Source: Seison nebaliae
Lineage: Eukaryota
Assembly (NCBI GenBank): GCA_023231475.1
Contig: JALJEE010000604.1
Coordinates: forward strand, 1-52,113
Direction of reading: 5' to 3'
Length of the DNA stretch: 52,113 nt
The translations under genes were made by a program, and so were the position numbers. Below the pieces are notes generated by a model. The model saw only the letters and a list, made by a program, of their open reading frames with translations. It ran no database searches and had not been told where the DNA came from. Shown here piece by piece: positions 1-14,812 of the stretch. Every line of letters begins with the position of its first letter. The stretch's first letter is position 1.

Positions 1-833
1 TACACAATGTGAGAGCTTCTCGTCGCCTCTCCAATTTTTCTGCCGTTATTACTCGATAAACTATCCTCTTTCACTTGATCATTCTTTATCGTTGACCTCC
101 AATTTTGATATTTCTTACCATGTCCCTGAAGCTCTCAAACAGTTTGTTGAGACGGGCAGGAATTTAATTTCAAATAACTCCTTTAAGGAGTTATCTTTTT
201 TTCTTTTTAATTTACCCCGCGGGGATTTGCTATAAATAAATAAAAAAAAAAAAAAAAAAAATTGTAAGTTCAATATTTATGTATTCATATATGATGGTGA
301 CAAATTAACCAAATTTGTTTAACTTACTGCAAATCTGAATAAAACCATAGTAGATTATGGATATGACGAATTAACCAATTTTTAATGAACAATATTAAGG
401 GCACCTGAATGAACAGTGAATACGTGGCCAACTGTCTCCGGTTATGGAAAAAGAGAGGAAAGGATAAGTAATAGTATCCCTGTAAGCATTTGAACGTCTT
501 GAGAACGTTTTTTTGATGTATATTATTGTATATTGTATGATACGTTAAAACAACGTTCAAATGCCAACAGGGATCTCAGTCGCTCGATGAGTCATATACC
601 ATCATAGATGTGGTTTAAATGATTTTTATGAAAAAATAAAATTTAGATAATATTTTAAATAATATATTTGTGATTGAAGTTTTCAATTCAATTGATGAAA
701 GAAGGGAAAAGTTGAAACAAATCAATTTATTATAAGAAAAGAAAAAATTTAATTTTCAAAAGTTCTATAATGCAGAGAGATAGAGATAATAAGAAAGGAA
801 AGTAGTTTATCTGGATGAAGGATGAAATGTTTA

Positions 834-3800
834 TCAATAACTATAGGCAGCGGCACCACTAAATATGATATCCGCCCAAACACGAGAAATTTCAATATTT
901 GGTGCTACTAAATACAAATTGACATAATCGTCGAAAGAGGCATGATTCTTCAACTTAAGTACAATGGTAGCTGATGGGTTTGGAGATGGTTTCGCCGCCG
1001 AATGCGAATGATCTGGAAATACATCAGCAATATCTTGAAATGGTATGACACCTCGCGGTTTCGGTAATGATTTGTATAGATTATTATAATATCGATTAAC
1101 TTTATCATCAACAATTTCGATCGGTTCATTCTCATTTTTCCGTTGAGATAAATGTCGAGAATTTGATGATTTTAATAATGATGTTTGTACATTCATTTGT
1201 TGTTGTTGTGGTGGTGGTGGTGGTGTCGGTTGACATTCGTTGGATGATATTTGATGTTCATTGACCATTGCGAGAAATAGAAAAAGCTCATTAATCTTAT
1301 TATAATAAATGAGAGCATTGTTTGGACACAGGAAGTATTTGAGTTCACGATGAACATAATCGAAAATGAACCATCGTTTATCCCACGAATGACGTCCACT
1401 TCCAATCACACTAGATGAATTCAGTTCGGATGGCATACGACGAATCGAACCAGATGGTGTTGTTCTCATTGATCGAGTTGTCGTTCTGACAGAACCATCA
1501 TAAACTGTCATATCATCAAAATCGTTCTCGCCATTCGGAGATTTACTTGAGGATGATACCGCCAAGTTCTTATTCGAATTATTATTACCTCGATTTATAT
1601 TGAGATTATTCATTATAGTGGAAAGACTGTTCAGGAATTTCTTGCTCGACGGATTTGATTCAGATGAATTTGATTTAGATGTTTTCGACGATTCCTTCAA
1701 CACATTCGGCGATGAAAGTTTCTTATTCAATCGACTATTATTATTATTATTATTATTATTATCATTAGTCTGATTACCTATTGTAGTTACGGAGGATGTG
1801 GAGTATGCCGGATATTTCCTAAATGAGAGATGAGTAGATAATCGTCGACGGAGTTTCACTGATGTACTGACGAAGCCCTTTGACGTTGGTTCGTTTCCTT
1901 CGCATTGTGCTCGTGATGTATATCCTGAATGACTAAGTTTAATTAATGGTCCCAATAGCAGGACGGCGGAAACACGTAGAATAGAAAATGGTGTTCGTTG
2001 AATAATAAGATAATAATTGCTCAACTGCGAAAGAATATTACAATTGATTGCGAAGAACAATTTGAGTTCGATGGAGTTGACTGTTGGATTGGAAACTGAT
2101 GTCTTCTGATTGGTGGTATTGGAAACTTTCTTATCATCAGAATTCAACAAGTTGGATATGGTTAGGGAAGTCTTCCTCTTCTTCGAATTATTAGATCGAG
2201 TCAACACATCTAATTTATTCGACGATTGAGTCGACGATTTGACATTGGGTAGAATGGTAATTATATAAGTTTTCGTCGCTTTCATCATTTGGGGCATGTA
2301 ACATGTGAGAGGTCTGGAATTGTTCTTACTTACATTATGACACGATTTCATTGAATTGCCTGCAGAAAAGCGATTTCGTAAGTTAATTGTCGAAGTTTCA
2401 TGAGATTGATGAGAATAAAAATCACGACATTGTGAACGATGTCGTTTGATTTCGTTATTGACATTACCACCCTTATTGTTATTATGCGTATTCAAAATTT
2501 CATCACTATTCTCCGAGTATGAATTAACCGACGTTTGATGATTATATATTAATGGTGTGGGAGCAGATTCCATCAATTGCGACATAGAATCAGTCGACGC
2601 TGATGAGAATGACGTTGGTGCAGTTGATAAATATTGATTTAATTGAACATCATTCTTACTGGATTGTGAGGACATAATTGGATTTATTTGTTGTTCCTGA
2701 TGTTGTTTTTGTTGTTGTTCCATATACGACGGTGTTTTCATTAATTGATTATTAGATGTAAATTGGTCATTATGTTGCCATTGAATGATATCATTTAGAA
2801 CTTGTTTTTGTTGTTGATGTTGCTGATGTTCTTGTGAGGGATTGGAATATCTAAATTGATAGAAATCACCATCATTTAAATGATCTTGGTCGTTCTTTTG
2901 AAGAATGTTTGAAGAATCATTTATTTGAAGAATTTGGTTCGATTTTGCTGGTGTAATCGGTTGAGAATAATGAAATAGAACTTCATTATCATTCAATGAT
3001 GATGATGCACTATATTGAAGATTTCGTTGTTGTTTGAATTGAGTATGACTATTTCTGGTCATAGCATTGATGTCATCATTCTGATTCAGATACGTGCCCC
3101 TTCTCGACAACTCATTCATCATACTTGTACGATAACCTTGCCTCGGTGAATTTTGCATATTGACAATATCTTTTCCAGGAATCGCTTCCATAATATCTGA
3201 CAATGGGCAATTTTGTCTTAATTGTGAAGCATTAATCGTATTAAGTGCAATTGTCGAAGGAATGAATGGACCGATTGTTCTTCTATCTTCATTGTAACAA
3301 TCGTCAACAGTTTGCAATCTTATACCTGAATCGCTCGAATATTGATCACAATGAAGCTTGGAAGGACGATCACCCAAGTCACAATTGTATGAGAATAATT
3401 GTTGTTGATCCGACTTCCTCAGACATTTCAAATATAATTCATGTACGTCGCAAGAAAATCCTTTCGACGACGATAACGATGACGATGACGTCGATGAACA
3501 AGATGATGATGGTGAGGAGGATGATGATAGAGATGGATATTGTAATAAATCGGAACTCTTATTCAACTCGTCGGTATCATGGCAACAATTCTGTTCAACA
3601 GACGTCGACGAATCGGAACTTATGAGATTTGAACTTGATGAGAGTTTCGACGAGTCTAATGACAATGAAATGAATGACGAGAATATTTGTTGATGGAAAT
3701 TTTTATTATTGTTCTCATTCTTCTCCTCATTCCATCCAACATTCAATATTTCCTCATTTCGGATTTTCTTTTTCTTCCCAATCGGATAATACTTTCGATA

Positions 3801-4104
3801 AGTCTCTATAAACTTTTCAATTTGGTTCGAATATCTCTTAATGTCATCGATCGGACTATTGAGATGATTGAAGAGACTTTTGATTTTATCAGCAGTCGAT
3901 TGTCCGAAGAATAATACTAAAATTTCACCATCTTCAATGATTGTATATTTTTGTAAAAGATCACGATTTTCTTGTTGTCGATGACGATGAATTCTTGAAT
4001 TGAGTCGATTATAAAATTGAAGGAATCTTTTCTCCTTCTTCTCCTTCTCCTCACGTAATCGTTTCAAACTTAATTTCAGTTTCTTTAATCGACCACTTTC
4101 ATAT
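834..4104 (-). CDS. PHLDB: Last exon of the PHLDB-like gene (coiled coil, S/Q/N-rich linker, split PH domain)
   Basis: 1077-aa ORF extends in frame to acceptor ttttacag at 4105-4106. PHLDB-type PH motifs at the C-terminus; TGA stop at 834-836. Confidence 0.85.
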
Positions 4105-7100
4105 CTGTAAAAGAATAAGATATCATTAACACATCACATGAAGTAAATCCAATTGATAATTACAATAAATGAAATTAAGTTAAGTCAATTAGTCTTCTAT
4201 ACTATACGCAACACTTTTTTCCTTCAACTTATCACACCTCCTCTTTCCCGAAAGATCAGAATTTTCTGTTCCTTCAATTTATCACCAATATATCATTCTC
4301 CATTGGAATCACTCATCGAAGAGGAAGGAGCGAGAGAAGAAGGGTGTTGCATGAAAAAAAATTATAATTTCATTATATTTCTCCACTCTCAATTACTGCG
4401 CACAAGATTCTGCACAAAATATTTATCCTTTCCTTCATATTTATCGTTTTGTCTATTTATCAATTGAACTTTTAGTATATTTGGATAAGAGATGGCGAGA
4501 AGAAAGGATGCTAAAAACTACTTTACCATCCTGTCAATAAGACACCTTCAACGAAATTGGAACAAGTGGAAAACTATAAGGACGAGTACAATGAGAGCGA
4601 TTCGCCATTGAAAAGGTTTCGCCTATCTTTTTGGTTTTAGGCGGTCCCTCCCAAACTCAACTAAATAACCTTACTAATATTAGCCCCAGTTATATATATA
4701 TATATATATATTAGCACACAAATAACGGGAGAGTAATAAAGGAGAGAACAATCGACAAAATTCGAATTAAAAGAAAGAATGGAGTTGATTAAATCCAAAA
4801 ATTTATTATTATTGTTTCCCAGGTAAGTGTTTGCTTTTGGAACGACTCGGAACTTTCTCCTTTTTCCAAATAAATTAAGAGAATCGAATTGGAAAGAAAA
4901 CATAACTTTCTTTTCAAGACATAAACAAATTGTGGTAATTCCTTACTAGATTCTTGCTATTTTTTCCGATTAGACTCACACTTTTTTCACTCATCCAAAC
5001 TTACCTTGTGAGGAAAGAATAACATTCCATTTTTTTCATCAACGATTAAACATTCCTTATTATTAATCTTTTTTCTTTTTCAATCGATTGAAATTCATTT
5101 CGTTCTCTTCTCTACCTAACATTATAAGAGAAGATTGGGAAAGGAAAAGAAAGGAAATCTTTCAGGCGAGTAGTCTGTTCTGAAATTTCCTTTCTTTTTT
5201 CTAACGAAACTATTCCGGTTAAGTTTCCAAACTAAAAATTCTTAAGTCAAATGAGAAACATCAATATTTGTTGAAGTAAAAACATTGAAGGCATATTTTA
5301 TTGAAAAATTTTACTAGGAATAATAAAGAAAAATCGAAAGAAAATTCTAAGGAGAAAAATTAAACAGTTTCTTTCGTCAAACTCATTTTCCAAGATATTC
5401 TTTCCGTCCAATCTACCTAAACTTCATCAAACACAATGTTTCAATTTCGATTAAACTATTTTTGATATTTCATTCAGTTCAATCAGATTCTTACAATTGA
5501 TAATCATCAATCGTCTCACTTCATTCATTTCTAATCAATTATATATTTGTGACTTTTCATACCTGTGTGCTCGAAGGGGTAGGGAGAGGGTCTTATGCAT
5601 GAAAACTGCACATATTTGTACAATTTCCCTACTAATATATACTGGAGATGAGTGACGTATGTAAGAGAGGACAATGCATGGAAATTTGTCCAACATCATT
5701 ATATGTCCAGTTTGATATTGAAAAGTATTTCCTGTCAGATATTAGTTTCTGTTAAATTTTTTTCCTTTTATTCTGACCCCTTATTCAATGGAACGTTCCC
5801 ATGATTGGTACGTGTAGTCAATATTCTTATCATTTTACAAAATTTATGTTTCTTCCAATTTACATTCTTTCCCACGATGCCGATGGATGACTCGATGACG
5901 ATGAATTATACTCGACGACGAACAAGAATGGAATTCGTGTGACTGACGATCGATGAAGAAAATGTTTTTACCGAGTTTGTTCTTTCTTCCTTTCTTTTTC
6001 TTTTTTGTGATTGTAAAAAAGAATTTTTTGAGAAAATTCTTCAATTTCTTTTTCGTTAATTGTAAATCGTTTTGTTGTCGAATTGAATGTTGAAGTAAAT
6101 TCTTTTGATTATTCTCAATTCATATAACAACACATTAAATAAATAGAAAAGAAGACGTAAAATTTTCTTTCAGAATACTTCATATTATTTCATTATTAGC
6201 ATATTGAATGCTTATTACGATTGAGAATAATCAATCACTTATATCTTTTAACTTTGACAACATACTCAATGACACGCTTAATACAAAAGTGTCTGATAAC
6301 AAAAGAAATATGATTCGTTTTAAATTCAATAATTCTCCTTTGACATCTATCCAAACTACTCCTATCCATATCCATCAAATTTCCTGATATAATAATAATA
6401 ATAATAATAATAATTCATGAACTAATGCGTCATGAAAATGCATCTCTCATTTTAAGGAAAGTATCTGTTGGATATATATCGAATACTCCAACACCAAATC
6501 ACCAAAGAAAATCTGTTTTTTTTTGGAAAAAAGGAAAGAAGAAAAATGTTGGGATGACAAAGTTACTTGTCAGGTAACACTCTTTCAATGATTAAAAACG
6601 ATAAATTAGTGGAAGATGGAAAGTATTCATTTAGTTATTGACTTCCAACGAATTAATTTTCGTAAGACGATTGAAATATGGGAATGATGGGAGAAGTTTG
6701 TTGAACAAACGATGGACTTAACGAATAATTCTTTTCCGTTCTCATCTCAATAGGAAAATTGAGAAGAAGAATTTTTTCTTTTTAATTAAATGCTGTTACG
6801 TTTGACAATGATTTGTCGGAATCGAAATAGTTTCTTCAGCCAAATTGATTAAGAATAGTTTATCGTTCGAATGACATCATCAATTGTCCAGCAGTATTGA
6901 TCATGGGAATGGAGGAATGATAGAATTTCTAATCAATTGATTGAAAGGAATATGTGTTGTTTGGATCTGTTTCTAGCGAATTTGTCGTTGATGATTGTCG
7001 ATAATATTGAGAAGACACGAAAGAAAAAAAGGAAAACTGGTTATTTATTAAAGTTTTCGTTCGGATTAGATATGACGACGATACATGATGGTGTCGTCAG

Positions 7101-10100
7101 TAGAAGAACAGAAGAGAATATTTAAGTAAATTGGGAAATTCGATGTAATAATTGGGAATGTATAGAAGAAATTAATTAAACAAATTTCTATGGTAGTAAA
7201 AAGTTAAATGAGAATGTCGCTTCTAATCCATTGTCAGTGATGAAATGACATTAGACTAGTGTTCTGAAGTAAAATGACATGTTCGATATGATAACATAAA
7301 TATCTTCCTGTAAGAACATGTCAACTTATCATTGATATGGAGGAGAGTAGTCAGTCAGTTACATGGAGGAATGAGCAGCGGAAAAAGAAAGAAAGAAAAT
7401 AATCAATGAATAAATTATTAGGTGTGGATGGATTGATGGATTGATAGATAACAATAATTAGTTACTTAGTAAGCCAGTTGGATACTATAGTAGTAGAAAA
7501 ATAAATTTTTATGAGAAAAAAAACTGACGGATTATTGTTAATTTTACATTTACACATAATATGAAGTTGGAACGTAAAATAAAGAAGAAGAGGAGAACAT
7601 ACGTTCGCGATTCATGTTAGGTCATAATGAATATATATATGTTAGGTCGATTCTTTCGTTTGTCCTCACTTCTAAAATAAAAGAAGTAGAAAAATTTATA
7701 AAAAAAAGTTTGGAACTTAACTATCCAATCGACATATCCATCCATTCCTATCAACATTGGCAAATATTGATAGGAAGAATTCATTCCACCAGAGATTATT
7801 CATTAATATATAACCTTCCTTCAACACAGAACCGACACATGCACATAACATTCGTTCCACTTTACACTCATCAATATATACTCCTCAAATAGATACATTC
7901 TCCTCCCTCAATCATGTAGGTAACTAATAGGGAGACATGGCAAACAAAACAAAAAGAAACGACTGGACTATAGAAAATCCGAATGACTCCACTCCATCGC
8001 TTCATTGGTCGTTTGATCGATAATAATTAATAGAAATCACCAACTTTGCTTCGATCTCGTATAATTGGAATTCCAATGTATCGACCAGTTGTTGTTGTTG
8101 ACGACAACGTTCTCGTCGAACTTCATTGATCTTCTGCATATTCTTCTTCACATCATCGTCACATTCTCTTCTTCGTTTCTTCATCAATATCTCTTCATCT
8201 ACTTCTTTATCCTCATCAGCTAATATTGATGAGAGTGATGACGATGATGATGAAGATGATGAAACGGTTTTAATAATTTCTAAATCTTTTAACATTTCTT
8301 CATCTTCATCCGCTGACGACATTGACGATTCGATTAGAATTGAATCAATTATCGTTCTATTCTTCTCTATATTCATCTTCTTATCAATCAATTCCATATT
8401 GGTAAGAATGCGTTGAGCGTCAGTCAACTGTTGACAAATACGATCACGTTCAGTTGTCGCTTCAATCTCCAATTCTTTTATTTCATTGTCGACATTGTTC
8501 CATCGATCTTTGCACTGACGAATTGATGCTCCGATTCTCTTCACCTCCTCCAATCCATAAAGAAGGAGATATTCGTTCGAAAATAAACTTTTCACTGAAT
8601 CAAATTGAATGAAATGGGAACAGAATAATTTCCATTTATTGTAATTGGTGAAATGAGAATCTGATCTCTTTTCATCATTCTCCAACTGCTGGGAATTGAG
8701 GAATTGTTTTATGAAATAATTTAATCGTTTCTCGATCTTTCGATTCTTCTCAAAATAATCCCAACGACGTAAATTGAAAATAAAAGAGAAATATTTTTGA
8801 AGATTTCCTTCTTCCGATGAGAGATGAGAGAGAATTGTTCCACTTTTAAATAAGATCTCTTCATTTAACTTCCTCATCGCTATCTGCAAATTGTTGAGAC
8901 GTTTAAACAAATAATTAATCGATTGTCGATATGTCGTACGATTGTTGTTGTTGGATGATGTCTCGTTAAACAAATAAATGATGGCGGCCGTTATCAGATT
9001 CACGATCAAATAAGAATCATTCATAATACTATTCTTTCGACTATCAAATTCAATAAACGTCTCATCGTTTAATAAATTAGTTGATGTTTCATCTCTATTA
9101 CTCTCATCGTCATTCTCATCGTCATTCTCGTCGTTATTCATCTGATTATCTTCTGGATTCATATTGATTCGATTCAAATTAAATTGATGAAATATATTAT
9201 GTTCCTCTACCGTACTGTCCAACGAGATATCATCTCGAATGTGTTGGTCGAATTTATTCGAAATTATTCGATTAATCTCTTCTAATTGTCTCAAACGTTT
9301 CTGTTCAATCTCAAATATTCCTTCTTGACGACGATTATCATCTTGAAGATTTTGTAAACGATTCTTCATTTCTTTCAAATTCTCTGGTTTATCTGTCGAC
9401 GAGAGGTCACCATCATTAGCTTTCTGAAGTTCATTCAAATTCTGTTCTATCATATTCTCTTTTGTTGGAGAGTCTACTCTTAAACTTGATGTCGATGTAC
9501 AAGAAGTGGTAGAATAACTTATTGATATTGATGTCGATATTGTCGATGATGGAATTGATAGTGATGTCGATATTGTCGATGAGGGAATTGATGTAGATGT
9601 TGTTGTTGTTGATGATAATGGAATTGATATGGATGTTGTTGCTGTTGTTGTTGGTATTGGCGATGATGGAATTGATATAGACGTTGTTGTTGTTGTTGAT
9701 GATGGTGGTGGAAATGTTGAGGCAAGATTTATCGATGGTGTTTCCGACGATGATAAATCGATTTTGATTGAATTGTCTGGAGATAATTGTTTCTCTTGGA
9801 TTTCCATAAGTTTATCGGATGATCTTATATTCGAATCAGATGATACGGTGTTTGGAGATAAATTTGTTATTGTTGTTGTTAATTGGGGCGATGTTGATGT
9901 GGAAATGTGGTCTTTTGGAGTATTCGATGATTTTGGAATGGACTCACAATTGAAGAGGAATTCACTTTCATCCATCTCCAAATTATCGATTTGTTCTTTT
10001 ATCGATAGAATATCTTCATTCAATACATCATCAATCTCAAATTCATGTTCTTTCTCTCGTTTCCTGATGGTTTGTAAAAAGTTCACGTTCTCTTCTTCTT

Positions 10101-13100
10101 CTTCTTCTTCTTCTTCAATTGATCTCTCATCGAATTGTTCATTTACATTCATCATATAGAACGTTTTATTCATCTCGTCATGAGCATCAAACGAATTCTC
10201 CTTAAAATAAGCAATTTGCTCATTTTCTAACTGCTGCTGTTGTTGTTGGGAGAGGATTTCATTCATTTCCTTCTCAATCTTTTCAATTCCATTGTTGAGG
10301 AACGTTGAAATAGATGATGACGCCGTTGATGTAGTCGATTGTATCATTGAGTGTTGTTGATTGTTAGAGGAACGTTGTAAACCCGTTTTATTTACTATTA
10401 TTAATTGATCCACTTCCACCTCATTCCCAACAACATTCTTTTCCATTAACAAACTACTTTTCTTATCATCATCGACTGACGATGTTACTCCATCGGATAT
10501 GAAGGGCACTGGTCTTTGTTGAGATTGAGAACTTGAACGAACCATATCATTCGACGAAGACAGTTCTTCAATTACATTCTCCACTTCCTTCCCTTCTTCT
10601 TCTTCTTTCTTCTCACAGTTTTGCTTTGTTGCCATTACATAATCAATCTTCATTATATTTTCAACTTTTTCATCCAATTTCATTCTTTCGCTATTAGATG
10701 ATTTATTAATTATTTCATCATCCTCCTCCTCCTCCTCATCATCATCATCATCCTCATCATCTTCATTATCTTTTTTTTCTTTTTCAACATCTTCCGAATT
10801 GTCCATCGTATTTATTACGGAGATACAACTTAAACACGTCGATCGATGAATTCTACCAAATAATTTTTCTTTATTCTCAACTTCTGCTACTTCTTCCTCG
10901 TCTTCTCCCACTTCTTCTTTTTCTTCTTCTTCTTCTTCTTCTTCCGAAGATGAAAATGTTGATGAGGATGAAGATATTGTTAGTGAGGTATCATTAATTT
11001 GTTTACTTTTCCATCCATTTCTCTGCTTATCAATCGACAGATCAATTGATGAACTCTTCAACAACCGCAAATGAGAATGTTCATTTTCAATCGATTCCTT
11101 TCCTAAATTCTTCTCCCGTACCACTCCATCGTCTGATTTACCCAACCCAATCTCTTCTTTCTGTTTCAAATAATTCTTCCGATTATCTTTGTTTATAATG
11201 GAAGTAGAATTTTTTCTTCTTCGTCTCTTCCTACTCTTCGATGACGATACTGGAGAAGTTATGTATTTATTCTTTGATCTAATTCCTTCTTCTTTCCGAT
11301 TATTAGAAATTGGGAATGTTTCCGATTTTCTCAATCCGCCACCACTATCTCCGATGCTTCTTCCCGTTCTCGACGCTTTCTTCTCTCTTCTTAATTCGAT
11401 ATCGACGTGATTAGTTTCGTCTAAAAACAAAAAACAAAAATTCTCCAAATTATTCAAAATTGTCTTTCAGTTTCCATTAAACCAAAACGTGTAGGTCCCC
11501 TTAGTGAAAACAACGAAGAAAAAGAACTTATGTAACTCTATCATACATGATGGTGAGAAATTAAATAATGCAAATTGAAAATTTTTCCCAAATTTTCATT
11601 TGTAAACGTTTATCGATCGTCCGTTTTTAAAAAATCATATCTTAAAAAAATTTATCTCATCGAAAAATTTGTTATAAGTAGAATTGTCTGACATTTAAAT
11701 TATATCTTCATCAAACAGTTAATCATAGAGAAAGAAAAAATTATTCCTATAAAAAAAAATTATAATAATCATATCTATACTCTCATATCATATATACTCT
11801 TCATATAATATTAGAAATGGAAGAAAGGAGAGAAGTAAAGAAAAGATGGAAATAACAACTTAAATTTAATGGGTAGACTGTGATGTAGTGTTGGATAATA
11901 TTGTCATTTCGTTTATGTAATATATTATTGTTAAAGTCGTTAATTTCATCTTTTAACTCTAATTCATTGATTGATAATTGAATTTTATTCAATAAAATTT
12001 TTGCATCATCTCTTATCTCCAACTTCTCTTCGTTCTTCATTTCCGTTTGATCACTCATTTTTTATTTTACTCACCTCAACGAATTTCCGTCCATTCCGGT
12101 CGTTAGTAGTTGGAAGTATCCCGTTTTCTTTAAGAACAACAAAATTTCGAACGGAACGACGACTTAACTTTTTCTGTGAACATTTCACTTCACCTCCCAA
12201 CTCCTGACGATGATAATTACGAGTGATGATAATCATGATGAAATAACCTCGACAGTCAAATGCCTCACAGTCGTTGTTCTGCACAACTTCATCAACGTTA
12301 CTCGTATCAAAATAGATCGTTTCCAAACTATTGATATTGATGCTCGTGTTGATGATCATTATTATGATAATAAAAAATGCTAATGATGATATAGATCGAC
12401 CTATAATTCCTTAATCGAACTTCGTATCAACTCTCTCAATCTTCAAAGTTCATCTGCTTCAACTATTTGAGGAAAAAATTAAGGATAATTCGTCCGAATG
12501 ATAAATCCTCTCCATTTTTTTCGAAGATTCTCTTCACCTTCCAAATCTCCAAATATCAGAGTCGCGATTGATTTATTTAAGAAGAAGTCTGTTCAGATTG
12601 AAGTTGAACAATCCTCAACATCACTCTTATTCACAATGAGCAATTATTTATTTTTTCTAATTTTCTCCAAAACATTTTCGACGAACATTTTACTTGGAAT
12701 CATCTGGAGATGATCAGACTCCCAAAAAAGGTAATTAAGAAGAATTATCCTGCAGACGAATTATCCGACATCGATTCTTCGATTTCTGTTCTATTGTTCT
12801 TCTGATAAGTTACTTCTTCTTTTTTCTTTCCTTCCTTCACTTCCTTCTCTTCCAATTCATCCAAATGATTAGGTATTCATTTAATATCTTCTTTCATCAC
12901 CACTTCATCAAATAGATTCACTTCATCATGAGACTCCCCATCAAATAATCGAATTCGTTTCTTATATAAACTTCCATTTGTTCCTTGACTTTTGACGTAT
13001 TGAACTACCTTTTCTTTTAAATACGAATAATTTCTTATTCATAAAACTCACTTTTCTTTCCCAATTTCATTCCCAAAACTTATTAAGAGTTGGTAACCTT

Positions 13101-14812
13101 ATGAAATCTGATAATTATTCCATTATGAATGGAATCTCATCTTGTATCATTGGACAGCATTATACTTATTCACTAAATTAACATATGTGTTTTTTTCAAA
13201 GTCGGTTTTCAAAGAAACAATCGTTTCTGAACGGATAAATTTACTGTTCATTATAAGAACGTTTTTGATGGTATTATTAATAATTTATTATGTCGATGAT
13301 GGATTTGTGAGGAGAGACAATTGCCCTCAATACTTATCCAACATTTTACTTCATTCAACGTACATATTCTTCTACTTCCACAGTTCTACTTTTTAAGAAA
13401 CTTTAAATGAAAATTCTAACATCGATTTGTCTATTTCCTGTAGAGTGAATGATATAGAGTTATCTAGAGAAGAGAACTGTCCAATAAGTCATCGAGTTAA
13501 CATGATTCGATTACTCCATTCCTATTTAAATGACGTTAATGATGAAAGGAGAACATTCAACTTATGGAATATTCTTCTGACAACCAAATTGTGTTTTGGA
13601 TGAAATTGAACGACAATTCTCCCAACTTGTCAAAAAGAGACATAAAAAAAACCCGAATTTCGGACGTTTCTCACTTTTTTTTCTTCTTTATAAAACTAAC
13701 TCCAAATTGAATATAATTAATACTAAAATGAAGTGAGAAATAGCCGAAAGAGTGGTAATTTTTTTAATATAAAATGGAATGATTCAGAATTGTCCGGGTG
13801 GAATGGAATGAAGTTAATGATCTGCACTCCAGCCGTACGTTTCTGTAAGTGATACTCCTTAATGATGATAGTTAATGGGAAACAACGTAACATTATATCC
13901 CAATTCATCCATATCAATTATAATTAATTGAACGGTAACAGATGTAAGTGAGAAAATTTTTTTCGGAACTTCTTAATTAGGAGTACGAAATATTTAGGAG
14001 ATACTTCATACGGAAATAGAAAAGATTTCATAAGAAACGAAAGATTCATACAACATTCGAAATGAAATTCGTTTAACAGAATCGGTATAATAGAAAATGG
14101 AATAGAAATTGAAAATGCCTAATCTATTTTTCCTTCGAAGAAGAAATTAAAAGGAATTAATTTAATTTCATTAGAACATTTTCCGATTAGATTTATTGAA
14201 GAAAACCATACGAAGAGAATTGAGAAAGGAGAGGAAACATCAGAAGAATTGATGTGTAGGAAAAAAATTTAAATAAAATTTTAGGTTGAGATGCGATTAA
14301 CCTGATAATTTTGTCGGTTGTTCCGATGACGAACAGCATCGTTGTCTCCATTCTTCGAGATATTTTGGTCGTCGTTTCGACCAATGTCTATTTTGTTCTG
14401 CTGCATTTTCAGAATGATGAGAGAAAGGAAAGGATGGACAGGTCAATTGCTCATCTCCATTAAATTTCTTTATTAAATCTTGGACCTGATTGTCAGATTT
14501 TTGAAACATCTTTAATGTAGTTGGACGATTGAATATTCGATCGATATCAAATTCGTTCGATGATGATGACGATGAGGTCGATATGGTTTTCGATATCGAA
14601 TTATCAACTTCCTCTTCCTCATCTTCTTCATAATCGTCATCATCTTGTCCTTCATCTTCATCCTCTTCGTCATCTTCATCATCATCTTCAATCATCTCAT
14701 TATCGTTACTACCACCCATTTCATTCTCATTACTATTCTTATTCGTTTGATGGTTCTTGTTAAGACGATTGAATAAGAGATGGGGAGAAGTCAATTGTAA
14801 TTCAAATGACAT
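834..14812 (-). CDS. PHLDB: Pleckstrin homology-like domain family B (LL5/PHLDB)-like protein, about 2385 aa, 3 exons (14302-14812, 8045-11420, 834-4104)
   Basis: The C-terminus matches the PHLDB PH domain as I recall it (SWDKRWFIFD..LKYF..PRGVIPFQDIADVFPDHSHSAAKPSPNPSAT..LYLVAPNIEISRVWADIIFSGA), preceded by RPLTCYMP (cf. RPLTRYLP) and a coiled coil with LEFQLYEIE. Splices TCAG|gttaat..ttag|AC (phase 1) and AA|gttggt..acag|ATAT (phase 2) join the three long ORFs in frame (7158 nt, divisible by 3). The joining is inferred. Confidence 0.7.
8045..11420 (-). CDS. Large internal exon (acidic and S/T low-complexity regions plus coiled coils), probably exon 2 of the PHLDB-like gene
   Basis: 1151-aa stop-free ORF; acceptor tttttag at 11421-11422; coiled-coil end QQQLVDTLEFQLYEIEAK; phase-2 donor AA|GTTGGT at 8044. 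Confidence 0.75.
14302..14812 (-). CDS. First coding exon (acidic D/E-rich), probably of the PHLDB-like gene
   Basis: 192-aa ORF; ATG at 14812 just after acceptor tatttag (5'UTR intron); ends at phase-1 donor TCAG|GTTAAT matching the phase-1 acceptor at 11420. Confidence 0.6.

Noticed and set aside
215..261. GC palindrome ccccgcgggg followed by AATAAA and an A20 run (retroposed tail or terminator)
   Set aside because: Too short; no target-site duplication or element body is identifiable within the window.
5844..6120. Lys-rich minus-strand ORF inside the PHLDB intron as an extra exon
   Set aside because: No convincing acceptor or phase-2 donor; the main exons already join in frame without it.
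8126..11410. Plus-strand ORFs opposite long genes (also 3266-3625, 17549-17752, 30226-31525, 32736-33074, 43098-43346 minus)
   Set aside because: Antisense or off-frame shadows of low-complexity coding sequence with no independent motifs.
11801..12359. Two minus-strand ORFs and a canonical GAG|GTGAGT donor at 12075
   Set aside because: The donor is phase 0 in its ORF while the next acceptor is phase 1. It may be an alternative 5'UTR or first exon, but I cannot support it as CDS.
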